From: Lama guanicoe
Taxonomy: Eukaryota
DNA: 64,000 nt
Assembly (NCBI GenBank): GCA_013239625.1
Contig: MU054391.1
Span: 3,439,130-3,503,129, forward strand
Reading direction: 5' to 3'
Below the pieces are notes generated by a model. The model ran no database searches. It was given only the letters and a program-made list of their open reading frames with translations, and was not told where the DNA came from. Position numbers and translations under genes: made by a program. Each line of letters opens with the position of its first letter. The stretch's first letter is position 1. Of the stretch, positions 11,560-24,600 are shown piece after piece.

Positions 11560-11730
11560 AACCTGTGCAATGTTACCGCTACAGTATTCGTCACACCTGT
11601 GGTAAGTTAATAATTTATTTGATGTTCATCTTCCCCACTAAACTATGACCTCCATATTCTTGCTCCTTATACTGAAAGAGTTCCACATTGAGCCTGAGTG
11701 TTCAGTAAGTATCTTACAAATACATGAATC
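11560..11730 (+). mobile_element. L2 3' end fragment
   Basis: 'tcttccccactaaactatgacctcc...gtgttcagtaagtatctt...atgaat'. Confidence 0.5.
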
Positions 11731-12094
11731 AAGTGTAGACTTCTTCACTTTCCTTCCAGATTGCTTCCGATTGTATTTAGTCACACGTGGTTCCCTGGGC
11801 GTGTCATATTTGCTCCATCTCCACGAATTTTCTCCGAAATTCCCTCTGCACCCTAAGTAACCTCTGATGGATCCAACCATCCCTCTGCGCCCAAAGGAGC
11901 TATTAGAGAGAACTCCACAGTCCTCTCCTGCTTTTGGAGAGTAGGTGGTCCTTTCAAATAAGGTTTTCTTACCCGGTGCTTGCTTCTTGTGGGTAACTGT
12001 CCTGATGCCAACAGCTGGATTGTGTGGATCTCGTCCCACAAATTATAGCCATAGCCAGGCTGCTCTGGCAGCCCGACTCCAGCAGGCAGCTGGG

Positions 12095-12650
12095 CATGAA
12101 GTCCTAACTTGGGTATCGATTCCACTTTGTGATCTTGGGAAAGTCAGGTCACCTCTCGGAGCTTCTGTTTCCTTAATTGTAAACGAGGAATAATAAGAGA
12201 TAACTGTACCTACCAGTTGGGGTTTTCAGGAGAAACAGAACCATAAGAGATGGGGGGGGAGAGAGAGAGAGAGAGAGAGAGCTTTTAAGGGATTGGGTCA
12301 CACAATTGTAGGAGTTGGCATATTCAAATATTTTAGGGCATGGAGACTGTCTGGACACACAGGAAAGAGTTGATGTTGTATCTCAAATCCAGAAGCAGTC
12401 TGGAGGCAGAATGTCTTCCTTTTCAGGGAACTTTTCACCACTTAAGGTCTTTAGCTGATCAGATGAGGCCCACCCACACTGATTTAAATGTTAATCTCAA
12501 CTAAAAAATATTTAGGCACCATAGTCTAGCCAGGCTGACACATAAAATTAACAATCAGAAGAATGATAGGGTGATGTGAATACTAAATTATGTTTCCTAA
12601 GAAAAAATATATAGCACCCACGCATGACAGGCACTTAATACATGATATAC
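12095..12650 (+). mobile_element. MIR split by an MLT2 insertion
   Basis: 'gtgatcttgggaaagtca...ctgtttccttaattgtaaa...gtacctacc' (to 12214) resumes as 'atagggtgatgtgaatactaaat' after 12560. Confidence 0.65.
12215..12559 (-). mobile_element. MLT2 solo LTR with internal (GA)n
   Basis: 'caggagaaacagaacc...gggtcacacaattgtaggagttggc...gatgaggcccacccacac...ctgacacataaaattaac'. (GA)n at 12259-12281. Confidence 0.85.
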
Positions 12651-15021
12651 CCCCATTCCTTTTTTTGTACAAACAGAACCACTAAGATGTAAGGTGTCTT
12701 TGTCTAGGTCACGGGCTTTGTACCATTGCTAACCTCTAGACTGGACTCTTTCCCTGAGAAGATGGAAAGAAAAGTTTGAGTGGGGTTTGACCAAAACTGG
12801 AAAGCTTTGCTTGAGATATTATTACCAAACAAACACAAAATTTCACCTTCTCTAGACAAGACCTAATTCCTCTGTATTTAATTTCTATTAAAAAGCAGCC
12901 TTGTGAAACCTTCAAATGGCATGTAAACACACTCCGTTTGTCCATTTTTTGTGTTTGTATTTTATGTATAGACAAAAATGATCTAAAGCCACAACACAAC
13001 TCAAAGAATGTTACTTGGAAAGGATGTAGAGTGAGTTGCCTTTAGAGTTTGCAGCAAGCTCTCTGGTCTGTCTTCACCAAAGGGATCCCTGATGCACCTT
13101 CGAACATAGCCATGACCCACGCATGTCCTCTGAAGTCCATTTTCTCCTCCACGTAGATCTCTGAGGTCATCAAGTCCAGAGTCTTCCTCACACTTCTGCT
13201 AAAATTTGCTATAAGCATACATGTGTCCTGAGTCAGAATTAGAAACACAAACGGTAGTCCCATTTTTTCCACACACGTAACAATTGCTGATTCAGGAAGA
13301 CAGCCCAGCTACAATTTTTCTGGACCTGAAAATTAATGGCTGCTGGAGCCTAGCAACAATTTTAGGAAGATGGACTTCAATTTTGTGAAGTGTCATTGGC
13401 TGCCATTAGCCAGGCTTCCCCTCCACTGTGGGTAAGACCATGCGCTACAGTAGATTTTTTTAAAAGAGCAGAAGTGTTAGAAATAGGAGCTTTTCGTGGT
13501 GTTGGAGCTATTCAGTCTTTTCTGGGGTTTGGCTGTTTGGCTTTTAGAAGAATTACAGTGGTTTTATGTCAGTGAAAGGAAATTTATCTCACTTCCACTG
13601 TGAAATCTGGTAGAATTATATACAATGGCGTCTGTCCATGTACTTAGCAACACTACCAGGCATTATAAACTCACTGGTGTGGAACTCCTTCCAGGTGCCC
13701 TTAAAGTGTCATTGTTGAATTTGGATAAAAATGGATGGCCTTTTAAATACAGATATGGTCAAATGAGAGAATAGGAAGGTAATCAAGTTAACCCAGAAAT
13801 GATGTGCGCAGAATCAACGTGGAAGGAAGTGAAAGTTGGCTCTTTAATTTTTTCCACTGTGGTTCACCGTGTTGCTCTCCTGACACCGGGTCTCCCGGGT
13901 GGCCTTAGTCCTTCACTTAAATTTTTTACATTGAAATAGTGGCTCCTGCCCCTAGGAAGCCTCAAGCTGTAGCAACCAGAAACAAAAATCTGCTTCAAGA
14001 AAAATTTGACATTTGATTCATTGATTCTAAAGGCACATGCCATTTGTCGATTTAAAAGGTACGCCTGAAACTTAACACAGCGTTCTGTGTCGGTTGCGTC
14101 TCCATAAAGGTGGGGAAACATAGACTAAAGAGTGGTTTTAAAAACATCAGCATCGATTTTTGACCATAAGTGGAAATATTTGAAGTGAATTCTTTTTTCA
14201 AAATCAGACAGCGCAGTTGTGGTCATAAAGAAGCCGTCACAGGAAGTGAATTCCCCTCACACACAGAAGGGCTTCCTCGTGTTTGCGGCATCTCTCTCAC
14301 TCGTGAGCTCACAGCGCGTTCATCACTGGGGCTGAGGCCCGGGAGGTGGACCCACCGAGAGAGGACTGATGCCCCCTCAGACGCGCTCTGTAATCACGCC
14401 CCGTGCACCTCGAGCCTGGTCCTCCAGAAAAGGTTTTAAAAATTCCTGTTTCGTACTGAGAAAAATATGCCCCCCCAACAAAGTTCACCACACTTTTTCC
14501 CCTGACTTTGTTTCCTGAGATGGAAAGAGTTGTGGACAAGCCCAAGGTCCACATGCAGAGATGACTGTCCAGCTCTCCTACATTAATTAGCTGCAAAAAA
14601 GGAAGAGAAAAAATTAAAAATCCTGAAAATAAAAGCTTAGTTTTCTTACCCATTCAGGAGAGATTTCTCGGTGATTCCCCTTAGCACGACTGACTGCTAC
14701 GTCTGTCGCGAGTTCTGCACGTCCAGCCGGGGGAGGAGAGGCCAACGCGGGGCTTCGAATTAAGCATCTTCCCACCCTGAGAGGGGCGTGGAGGCCTGGG
14801 GGCTCCCCTCCCTGCTCCCCCGTGACCTCGCTGGAATGCCTTAACCTCGTCAAGCCCAGATACTCCTTTCAGGTAAAATGGTTGCAAGAATAAATACCTA
14901 CTTGATGGGAAACTGTGAAAATCATAAATCAAATGAAATGAAGTCAAATCTTTACATAAGTAAGGATGCCCTAAATGGGAAATCCCGTTGGATCAAATAG
15001 GCTTTATAATTATTATAATCA

Positions 15022-15500
15022 TTGTGTTTGTGAACTATGACCACGGTAACGTGGGGTAAAGCAGAAACACAAAACCCAGTGCCTTAAGGCAATAAATACT
15101 TACCTACTCACAGGGCTGAGAGAGGCTCTCAGCTGGGCTCCCCCAAAATCTGCATTCAACTGCGGGTCACCCAGGCAGATCCACAGCGGGGCTGGCTGGT
15201 TGGCCAGCATCCCCTGGTCTTGGCCGAGCAATCCTTCTCTTCCCTGGCATCTCTCACCCACCAGCAGGCAATCTGAGCTTGGTGTTATACCAGTGAGCAG
15301 AAGTGGGCAAGGCCTCCTGAGGCCACGCTCAGCGCCAGCATCCTGTCACCTCAGCTGCATCTTCTCGGCCAAAGCAAGTCACAAGGCCAGCCCAGACTCA
15401 AGCAGTGAGAAAGAGGAGCCACCTCTGGATGGCAGGACATGTGAAGGGTGTGGAGACCGGCGTGGGTGAGAGGAAGTGTGGCTACTTTTCAATCAGCCTT
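15022..15500 (-). mobile_element. Old MLT1 (H/I-like) LTR
   Basis: 'ggccaaagcaagtcacaaggccagcccagactcaag...ccacctctggatggcagga'. Confidence 0.75.
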
Positions 15501-15519
15501 TAACACTGTTGTGGACGAC

Positions 15520-15705
15520 CGCGTGAGGACACGGTGAGAAGGCCGTGTCCCTCCCACCAGCCAAGGAGAGAGACCTCAGGAGAAACCAAACCTGCAGACA
15601 CTTTGATCTTGGACTTCCCGTCGCCAGGACTTTGCGGAAGTAAACTTCTGTTGTTTAAGCCTCGCAGGGTATGACGCGTTGTTATGGAGAACCGAGACAA
15701 GCGCA
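15520..15705 (+). mobile_element. MLT1B-like LTR 3' half, CpG-rich
   Basis: 'gtgaggacacggtgagaaggcc...ccaaggagagagacctcaggagaaaccaaacctgcagacactttgatcttggacttcc...ttctgttgtttaagcc'. Confidence 0.85.
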
Positions 15706-18379
15706 CACCCGCATAAGCGTCGTGTATGCATGGAACACGCACAGAGTCATACGAATTCCAACTGCGTGGTAAATGCAGGGTTTTCCCTCTTGGCCTGGAA
15801 AGGAGACGTTGAGCATGAACGCTGCAGCAGGAATGAATTTGGAGAGAGACAGGTCACCTTGTACCTGCCATGGCCCATGAGACCCCCAAGGGAGACGGAG
15901 GGGACAAGCACAGGGGAGACTAGGGGAGGCCGGGACACCTCCTGGTGCCCGCGCCCCACCTGGCACGCGTAGGACTCTGGCTTCCACGCTGAGCGCGTAG
16001 ATGGGCGGTGACTGCTCAGCGGTCTAGGTGTCTCTGTGTCCTAAGCGCTGAGCGCGCAGCCTTTCTTTTAACTCCTCCCTCTTCAGACGTGGCCGCAGCA
16101 GTGCTTCACAGAACAGACACAGGCTTCATTTTACAGTGGTTGTTGGCCAGGGTTGTTTAGTCTCTGCTGTGGTGTCAAACAAGCCCCAAATCCTGACGCG
16201 AGATTATAACAGAATCTGACCACTGCGTGTGTGAGGCCAGGGGACCCGCCCTTGTCTTGCGGCCAGGCCACTGGTGCTGAGGCAGCAGAGGACAGAAGTG
16301 AAACACGATGAAAACAAACATAAAGGGCATGGCAGATCATGGCCCCTACTGTTTACAATCTTATCATAAAAAAGCTTTCTGATTCTTTCATGTCTGTGTT
16401 CTTGAAAGACATGGGACGTAGGGTAGCCCATTTCGGTGGCCTCCGCCATATGGGAAGCAGACACTAAGGAGGAGAGAGAGGAGAGCGTGGCTGCAGCTCA
16501 ACTGTACGTGGTGAGACTCCTGCCCAGAGGCTGGAGTGGGGCGAGGACGGACTTAAGGGGAAAAGGCCACTCAGCGCCCCAGTTAGAAGACGATCTTCAC
16601 TCCCACTGCCTTCCTGTCCCTCCTTCATCCAACCACAGTGGAGGGGCCTCAGCCTCTTTTGTGGGGCCAAAGGATGAGACCACTGATAATTGCTTGAGAT
16701 GTCTCTGCATACAAGAAACCATATTTGGGTTTGAAGGTCACCACATCAGTTCAAGGTCAGCTGCTCCCAATCCCTACCACTAGCTACGGCCTCCTCTTTG
16801 CTGAGTGTGAAGCACCAAAGGACTGGACAGTATGACCAGTGCAGCCTAAACCTTTCCCCTGACCTATGCCTTCCCCTTGCACCTCACTGTGACCATGGCA
16901 GATGCCATGTGAGGGTCCAGCAAGTCATTTATTCATCTAACCAAAAGAGCTACCAGATTTATGGACCTGAAGTCATGGAACAAACATGTTAAATTCTTGC
17001 AACATCCCAACCCTGGGTTCTGAGCCTCACAAGTATTAGCATATTTCACCCTTGAGGTGACAGTACAAAGCAGCTTTCCCACCGGCCACTTTACAGGAGC
17101 AATGACTGAGCCCAGGGCGAGCCAGCGCTGGGACGTGGGGCAGGTCCGCCTGACCCGCATCCTTCCTGCTAGGACATTTGCAGGACTGCCGCTGCGTTGC
17201 TGTGATGGAGACTAAGGATGAAATCCAGAATGCTGCCGAAACAAAGACAGCAGCTTTTATAATCAATTCCTTCCTCCAAACTTGACATGTCCTTGCACAC
17301 TTGCGTCACATGAGCAAGTGAGTTCATCACTATATTAGCAGGAAGGGCAGGCAGACGAGGGGCCCACTGAGTTCACCACCGTTTCCCCGAATGGAGCCTA
17401 ATTCAGTGTTTATTCCAGAAGACACCAATTTGTTAGAGTGTCATCTCCTCCAAGACATCCTCCCCACTCAGTTACGGCCGGTCAGTGACGGGGTCCAAAG
17501 TCCACGTGCAGACAGAGTGGCTCATGCCTGCAGTGTTCATGACAAGAGTGATCGATGTGCTCAAGGCAAGAACAAGATTTATGGATCTCCTCACTGATGT
17601 GATTTACTGACGGTCGGCTTTTATGACCTAGCGGCCAGCCAGGGACATGCGCTGGGTGCACTCCAGATAAATGCCTGGGGTGCAGCTCTGTGGGCGGCTG
17701 CCAAGAACGAGGAGTGAGAAAGAGGGAAAAAACAGAGAAATGGCTTCACAGATGAGACATTTGTCGAAAATGCAGGGGTTTCTGTGATCCAGGAACAGCT
17801 GGGGACGATGAGCACGAAAATAAAGGCACCGCTGGCAGGCGGTGGACGGTCGGAGGCCTTGTCGTGCGAACTGCTGAGTTGATCTAAAAGTAAGATGATG
17901 GGAAGGTTCATGGCTATGCAAGTCGCTGTCGCGTGGGCGTGGTCAGGTGGCCAAGGCTGCCGCGCAACCACACACACGGCTGTGTTGATCCTGTGTCCTT
18001 CTGCGCCCAGGGCTCTCCCAGGCATCACAAGGGTGGGGGAAACATGTGCCTCGGGCCGCTTTCTTGGAAGATAGGAAAGATGATGCTGGTAGGTCTGGAG
18101 AAATAAGACATGCAAAGCTTACAAGCAGTGAAAGAGCCGTGAGGTGCAACGTTTCTCCTTGGAGACATCCTGGGCCGCCTCCCTCCCTGCAGGAGTTATG
18201 CCTGCTCCCCCGTGAAGCCTCAGCTCAGTCAAAACTTCTTCGCAGAAGCTGAGAAAGACCCTGAAAAGATGTCATTCCACCTGATACACTTACATAACAA
18301 TGCGTACCGCTGTGTGAACAAACGGCACGGTTGTAACTTCACATTGGCTGCTTTTATTTTTCATTGTCTGTCCCTCTAC

Positions 18380-18810
18380 ACATTATACCGTAAGTTCCCT
18401 GCCCACAAAGACCTTATGTCAGTAGAGCCTTGTCAACAGTAGGTGCTTAATAAGTACCTATTGAATGAATTCTCTGCCCTATTCACTCATCCATTCATTC
18501 AAAAATATTTGCTAAGTAGCTACCATGCCCTGGGTGCTAAAATATGAATATATTCAGTAGTGATACGTGCATTGCAGAGAAGCAGAATGTGGGGATGTGA
18601 AGGGGGTGCTGGGTGGCTATTTCAATTTGAAGAATCAGGGAATACCTGTGATGTTTCTGCTGAGATTGCGTAATAGGAGCCTGACATTCAAATACCAGAA
18701 GGAAGCCTCCGGCTGTAGGACCTGGGAGCCAAAACACCCTGAACAAGGAGCAGTCTTTGTGCGCCTGAGGAACAGAGAAAAAGTACAGCACAACCAGAGC
18801 TGAGTTCATC
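18380..18810. mobile_element. Two L2 3' ends in tail-to-tail orientation
   Basis: 'cagtaggtgcttaataagtacctattgaatgaat' (+), then 'cattcattcaaaaatatttgctaagtagctaccatgccctgggtgct' (-). Confidence 0.6.
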
Positions 18811-18984
18811 CACTCACTCGTGTGCTTGTTCATTCATTTCTGTTCGCTCACTCATCCTTTCCTTTGATAACACAAGGCTTTGTGCTCGGTACACAAAACA
18901 CAAACACCCAAAAAACATTAACACCTCTCCCAAGGTGCTGGCAGCTTAGTGAAATAGCCTGCAAGGGGCAGAGAGAGCGCAATG

Positions 18985-20245
18985 CTGGGGGTCTCAAGGT
19001 GAGGCCTGCAGACCCCTGGCACCCCTGGCACACTCCCAGAGGCCAGACAGCCCCAGCTATTGTCATGATGTATGAGCCCATTAGGTGCCTTTTTCACAGC
19101 GTCCACAGTCACACTGGTGGTGTCAAAGCAGTGGTGGCAAAAGGTGGTGGCACTTCAGCATGAATCAAGGCGTTTGCACACACTGTGTCTGTAGTCAAGG
19201 AGAAATCGTCTCACTAAAAAAGCCAGCTGTACTTTAAAATGTACTTGATTAATCAATAAAATTATTAATTTTGTTAAATTTGATCTTTGATTTCGTATCT
19301 TCTAACTATTCTCGATGAAGAAATGGGAAGGCTGCAGAGAGCACTTCACTGTACGTGGAAGCATGAAGGTTGTCTCTAGGAAATCCTTTGCTTGATGTTT
19401 AAGTTACAAGCTAAACTAGCCCCGCTTTTTCATAGAACACTGTGTTTACTCAAAAGAACCTCTGATGGCAAACTTTGATCGTGGAGACTGAGCATCAGAC
19501 ATATTCTTAAAAATGAGCAGCACCAGCCTGTCACTTCAAGGAAATTAGTTGGCAATTTTTGATGCCAACTATAAAGTTCAAGCTCCCAAGAGAAAATCAT
19601 AATTTTGGAAAACTCAAATCTGCCACTGTGATCCTGACAGCCTCCCAATGAGGCAAGAATTTTCTGATGAAGTTGGTGGTAAAAATTGTCGATGTGAATT
19701 TTTGATAATGTATAATAAAATGCGTTAATATTTGCAAGAACTGTGTAATTCAAGTGAGCCAATAATTTTTCAAATGATCGATGCAAGATGTCACATGCAG
19801 AGGGAAAAGACACATTTAAAGTGCAAGACAGAAATGAATTGTAATGTACACGAATATGAATATTTGTACAAAATAAAACTTTCCGTATTTACCTGAAAGG
19901 ATTGTTGAAATGATCTTCCTTTTTTTTCCAGTTTCCCATCTGCATATTGTGGCAGACTGAAAACAAAATTAAATATGATAAATCTCCTCTTTTCTGTGAA
20001 GAGAGACATCAAAGAGATATGCAATTGGAAAACAGTGTCACCCTTCCTGCTAATTTTATGTTTTTAAAAAACAGTTACTTTTCATGCAAAAATTGTATTT
20101 GTGTTAGCATAGCATAAATTAGAAATTGATAAGTAATTTCAAAAAAGTTTCTCAGTTCAAATTATGCGTCTGTTATATTTTGACAGCTCTGCTCCACATA
20201 CAGAACGTAAAGGACACCTGACGTCAGTGTGTTTGAGAACCTGTG
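18985..20245 (+). mobile_element. Charlie1 (Charlie1a-like) hAT DNA transposon fossil with decayed transposase
   Basis: Degenerate TIR-like ends ('ctgggggtctcaa' and 'ttgagaacctgtg'). Internal 'gttgtctctagga...gctaaactagccccgctttttcatagaacac...gcctgtcacttcaaggaaa...aattttggaaaact' matches the recalled Charlie1 transposase region (W-L-S-R-G area). No intact ORF. Confidence 0.85.
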
Positions 20246-20524
20246 CTCTATGATATAATGAGAAAAAAACAAAAGGAACTGCACAAGGTTAAAAGTATAT
20301 TAACGTATATGAAATTTCTAATTGTTTGGGTTCTTAGGCAAATCTGATGATGAGAGTTATTCTCAGTGACATGTTATACAGGATTAAAAATAATAATTCT
20401 TCTAAAAACAACCAAAACTGTTTACAAAATGTTCCTAATATGAAAGGTGCTTTACCAGCATATATATCATGCATGATTTTGCTAGAAAACACATCTAATA
20501 TTTGTTGATGGCTTTGTATGCACA

Positions 20525-20715
20525 AGGCTTTATCCTAAGAGATTTGTATGTATTCATTTGCTTAATTCTCAGATCAATCCTATGACAGACATGTCATTAT
20601 CTTCATTTTTTCAGATAAGGAATTAAAAAAAGAAGGAGTTAAGTAGTTTTTCCAGAGTTTCCCAGTAGTTAGTAATACGTACACCGAGGCAGGGGACTCC
20701 AGAATCTGCACCACA
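20525..20715 (-). mobile_element. MIR fragment
   Basis: 'tcatttgcttaattctcag...cattatcttcattttttcagataaggaa...gttaagtagtttt'. Confidence 0.7.
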
Positions 20716-21589
20716 CACTATACGGTCAATCTGCAGGATGCAGTCAATGAAAGTGTGGCACATTGACTGATGTATTTTCTTTTAAAAAATGCAGCTCTTG
20801 CAGGCAGGTTGAAATGTGGGGTTCCAGACCAAGCAGCCCCTCTGTCAGTCAAAGACTGAGTCGCCTCAATCACCTAGACCTTCTCATGTGACGCGGTGGT
20901 GCACTGGTCTACCTCACAGCTCTCACACACTTACATGCTGCGCTGAGAGGGAGAGCGATGCGCCCCTCTTTCTGTAAAACATTAAATCTACCCATTTTTA
21001 TGCACGACCTAATAGACATTTCACTATAAAGGAGCATAATTCTCTTCTCTAAGTAACACTGGAACATTCATTTTAGTCTCATTACGCTTTAGTCTTCTGA
21101 TGAATGGGCAACCGAAGTATTTAACAGTAATAAGAGTTCGTAATGGTGTCTGCAGACGGACGAGCTGGGCCCTTCAGACCTGGCCATCTGCCTCCTAGAA
21201 TTACTCGACTGTTTGAACTCTTGGCCAATTACCCGCACGCCTTCTGCCCTCGCAGTCCAAGCACCGCCCAGATGGCTTTGATTTGGAGGCACTCAATTTA
21301 TCAAAACAGTTTGTTATGTTAAAAAACTATTTGATGTCAAAGAAGCCATATGACCCTTTTTATGTGCAGTTTTCCTGGAATAAGAGATCAGTTTGCCTAC
21401 TTTAAACATAGTTGGGGCCTAAAGAGACTGGAACCAGGGCTACATTCATAAACCACGAGGGAAAATGTACCTAGAAAACCGTATTCTCCCCTTTCTGGAA
21501 TCACAAGGTGTTAGGAGTGGAGGGGCATCTTCTGAGGGCTCTCCTGGTTGGGGAGACCTTCCCGCTTAGCCTGTCTCGGGTCCACCTGG

Positions 21590-21739
21590 GGCTCTGGTTA
21601 AAAAGACAGCTGACTGAGCTCCACTCCTAAGAGTGCTTGACTCTGTGAAGTCCTGAGTTGGGACTCAGGAATCCGAATTTTTACAAGGATGCCTGGTGAT
21701 TCTGATGCAAGTCTTTGGACCACGATCTGAAAAGCAATG
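21590..21739. mobile_element. MER5-like hAT-Charlie MITE fragment
   Basis: 'caggaatccgaatttttacaaggatgcctggtgattctgatgca...ggaccacgatctgaaaagcaatg'. Confidence 0.7.
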
Positions 21740-22495
21740 TTTTTCACCATCGGCATCCTCTCCAGAGAATAATGCTCACGTAATTTTCCAACCGTCCTTC
21801 CCTTCCACACTGCCCCTTACATGTGAATTCTGTATGGGGTTCTGTGCTCGTAGACTTGACTTCCTACTACGTAGCAAACACACACTAAGGACTCCCAAAT
21901 ATGAAGCCCCAAATGTGACTTCTTTCTAAACTTCAGGCTTGGTTGCTGGAGTGCCTGGTTCTCTCCTGGGCCCTTTATGGTGAATTTTGTAAGTTTCTGG
22001 GTCCCCAAGGTATTTCAGCTGTGTGGTTTGAAGAAAGACTCCAGATCCAGCAGAGAGCAATAACAGATTACAGGTGATCCTGGTGATCCCGTCCCTCCGT
22101 GTCAGTGAGCGACGAGGACAAGGCTAAGCTGGGGATGGATGGCGTCCTTCACGCCATCAGGATTGGTTCTGTAATGAGCACATACACCAGTCACAGCAAA
22201 TGCAACAAAAGAAGATGTGCCAAAGGGAAGGGGCGCTGACGTCTCTTCACATGGATCCTCTGTCGGTGGCCTGGTACCCAGAACAGCGGCAGCCACTGGT
22301 TGAGGGTAAAGCCTTCACACTCTGAAGGTAACTCAAGACATTGACCAAGAAGTAGAACCAGACCCCTGAACTGAGCCAATCACTAGAGCTTTTCTTACTT
22401 ATGAACTTCCAGCTCCTTGCTGAGGCTTTAGGTTAGATTTCTGGTTTGAGCTCAGGTTTCTGTTAGCATTGGAGGCATCTGCCTGAAACAGATAC

Positions 22496-22811
22496 CGCTA
22501 TGCTCTGAATATTTGTGTCCCCCCAGATTCGTGTTTAAATCCTAATGCTCGTGTTAGAAGATGGGGCTTTTCAGGGCAATTAGGTTATGAGTGGAATTAG
22601 TTTCCTTATTAAAGAGGCCCCAGAATGCTCCCCTGCCTCTCCCACCAGGTGAGGAGCCAAGAAGTCTGCCATCTGGGAAAGGACCCTCACCCAACCAGGC
22701 TGGCACTGATCTCAGACATCCAGCCTCCAAACTGTGAGACATACATTTCTGGCGTTTATATGCCACCCAGTCTGTGCGATGCTGTTACAGCAGCCCAAAG
22801 TGACTGAGGCA
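22496..22811 (+). mobile_element. MLT1A-like solo LTR
   Basis: 'tatgctctgaatatttgtgtccccccagattc...ctgatctcagacatccagcctccaaactgtgaga...gccacccagtctgtg...gactgaggca'. Confidence 0.85.
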
Positions 22812-23249
22812 GAAAACCACAGATATTCAGACCAAACTTATGCTCAGGGTTTTCACATGGGCGCTTCCTCCTGGGAAAGGAGGTAGAAAACGCAGGCGCC
22901 CACCACCGCCATGGGTGGGGCTCTCAGGCCAGCACACTCTCTCCAAAACAGAAGACTCTTCCTGAAGCCTGTGCTTCTCTTCCTCCTTTAAAGTCCTCCA
23001 CAGCCCTCGCCCTTCAGGTGCACACTTCAGTTATTCTTGCATCTTCGTTCACAGAACCAGATCACGGGTCTCGCAAGAACCCACTTTCCTGTTCTCCTTC
23101 CACTTCCATCATTATTAGTTTTCACCTTTTATCATGATTCCACCCAACCTATATCCATGCCAAACTTGAGTCTTGTGTCCTGGGAACGTTCCAGCTTACG
23201 CTGCCCCATGTCATTGAGAGGGACCCCCATCCCCACATCCACTCACTGA

Positions 23250-24600
23250 GGGCCAATTGGCTAAATTCTGCCAACTCTACGGTGGTAAAACTGTTGTTTT
23301 AATTCGCATTTCTATGATTTAGTGAAATAAAAGGTCTTGGAATATGTCTCCGCTGGTTTTTCCCCTCTGCATTGCTTACCTGCATACCCTCCTCACGCTT
23401 CCGCTGGGTTTCAAGTTTCTGCTTGCTGATTTGAAGGGTCACTCTGCTACTTTACATATAGTTCCTTGTTTGTTCAGGCAAGAGAAATGTATTCTTCCCC
23501 AGTCAGTTAACTTTGTCTTATCTTTTATTACTTTTTGTGCACTCGTGTCCGTACATCATACCCGCCCAAAGATTAATGTATTTCACTTTTAGTTTAAGAG
23601 GCTCTTCTTTATCCTGAGATTATAAAAACATAGTCTCCTTGACTTTCTTTTATTTGTTTTTTGTTTTTAATTTTCCCTTTCAATTTAAGCACTTATTTAC
23701 TTGGAGTTAACAAAAGATATAAAGAAGGAACATAACTTTATGTTACTCCATATCTCAAACCAGTTTGTGAAACACCGTTTTACTAAATAGCTGATTGCTT
23801 TCATAGTCATGTCTGATGCCACACGTATCATATCCTGCTTTGTGGCGTGTTTTGCTCTGTTGATCTGTCCTTCCACAAAACGATACCATTGATCGTCTGT
23901 TTGCTTATGTGTGTTGAACTGAGACCTTGTGCTGCTTCTTAATAATTGGCTGGATGCTTTCCTTACTTTTGATTTTTTTTTTCCAAGCTACTTGTCCTAC
24001 TATTTACATCTTGGAATCAGCTCATCCAATTCCTCTATATCCTGCTGGGATTTTGAAAGATATTACGTTGAATTTAGATGTTAATTTGGGAATTGTTTAC
24101 ATCTTTATAATGTTATATGGTCTTCTACGTGCAAATAGTTTTCTTGTGCTTTTATCCTATGTTGTCTTGAATATTCTTTTGAGATCTTGTGCATTATTTG
24201 CTAGTCCTTAGATATTTCATATATTTTGCTGCTCTTGTGCCTGGGCTGATGTTTAATACTGCATTTCCTGGCCTATTATCACCATTAAGAGGGATGCTTA
24301 TGAATTTTGTATGATGATGTTACATCAGGCCAAAATTGCTGAAACTTATCGGTTCTATTAATACTTTCATTTATTGTCCTGGGTTTTCTATACACATAAT
24401 TGTGTTATCTGCAAATAATAATCTATTTTCTCTTTCTTTTTAATTACTTTTATTCACATCTATTTTTCTTGTCTTATTATTTGTTCAGATGTTCCAAGCA
24501 TTAAGTACTCTTGATTTCTTTCTAAACTTAAAAAAAAAAAAAAGTTCAAAGTTTCTCCCTAAAAATGATGGTGAGTGAATATTTTTTGGTACAATCTCTT
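23250..24600 (-). mobile_element. Old L1M fragments
   Basis: 'ctgctgggattttga...ttgaatttagatgttaatttgggaa...acatctttataatgtt...gttatctgcaaataa'. Confidence 0.6.

Noticed and set aside
17621..18115. Longest ORF (164 aa, minus strand)
   Set aside because: No recognisable domain and a GC-rich context that favours chance ORFs. BLASTp or PhyloCSF support would be needed.
22900..22990. Strong Kozak context ccaccgccATGG at 22911
   Set aside because: The frame stops after about 26 codons, with no promoter or splice support.
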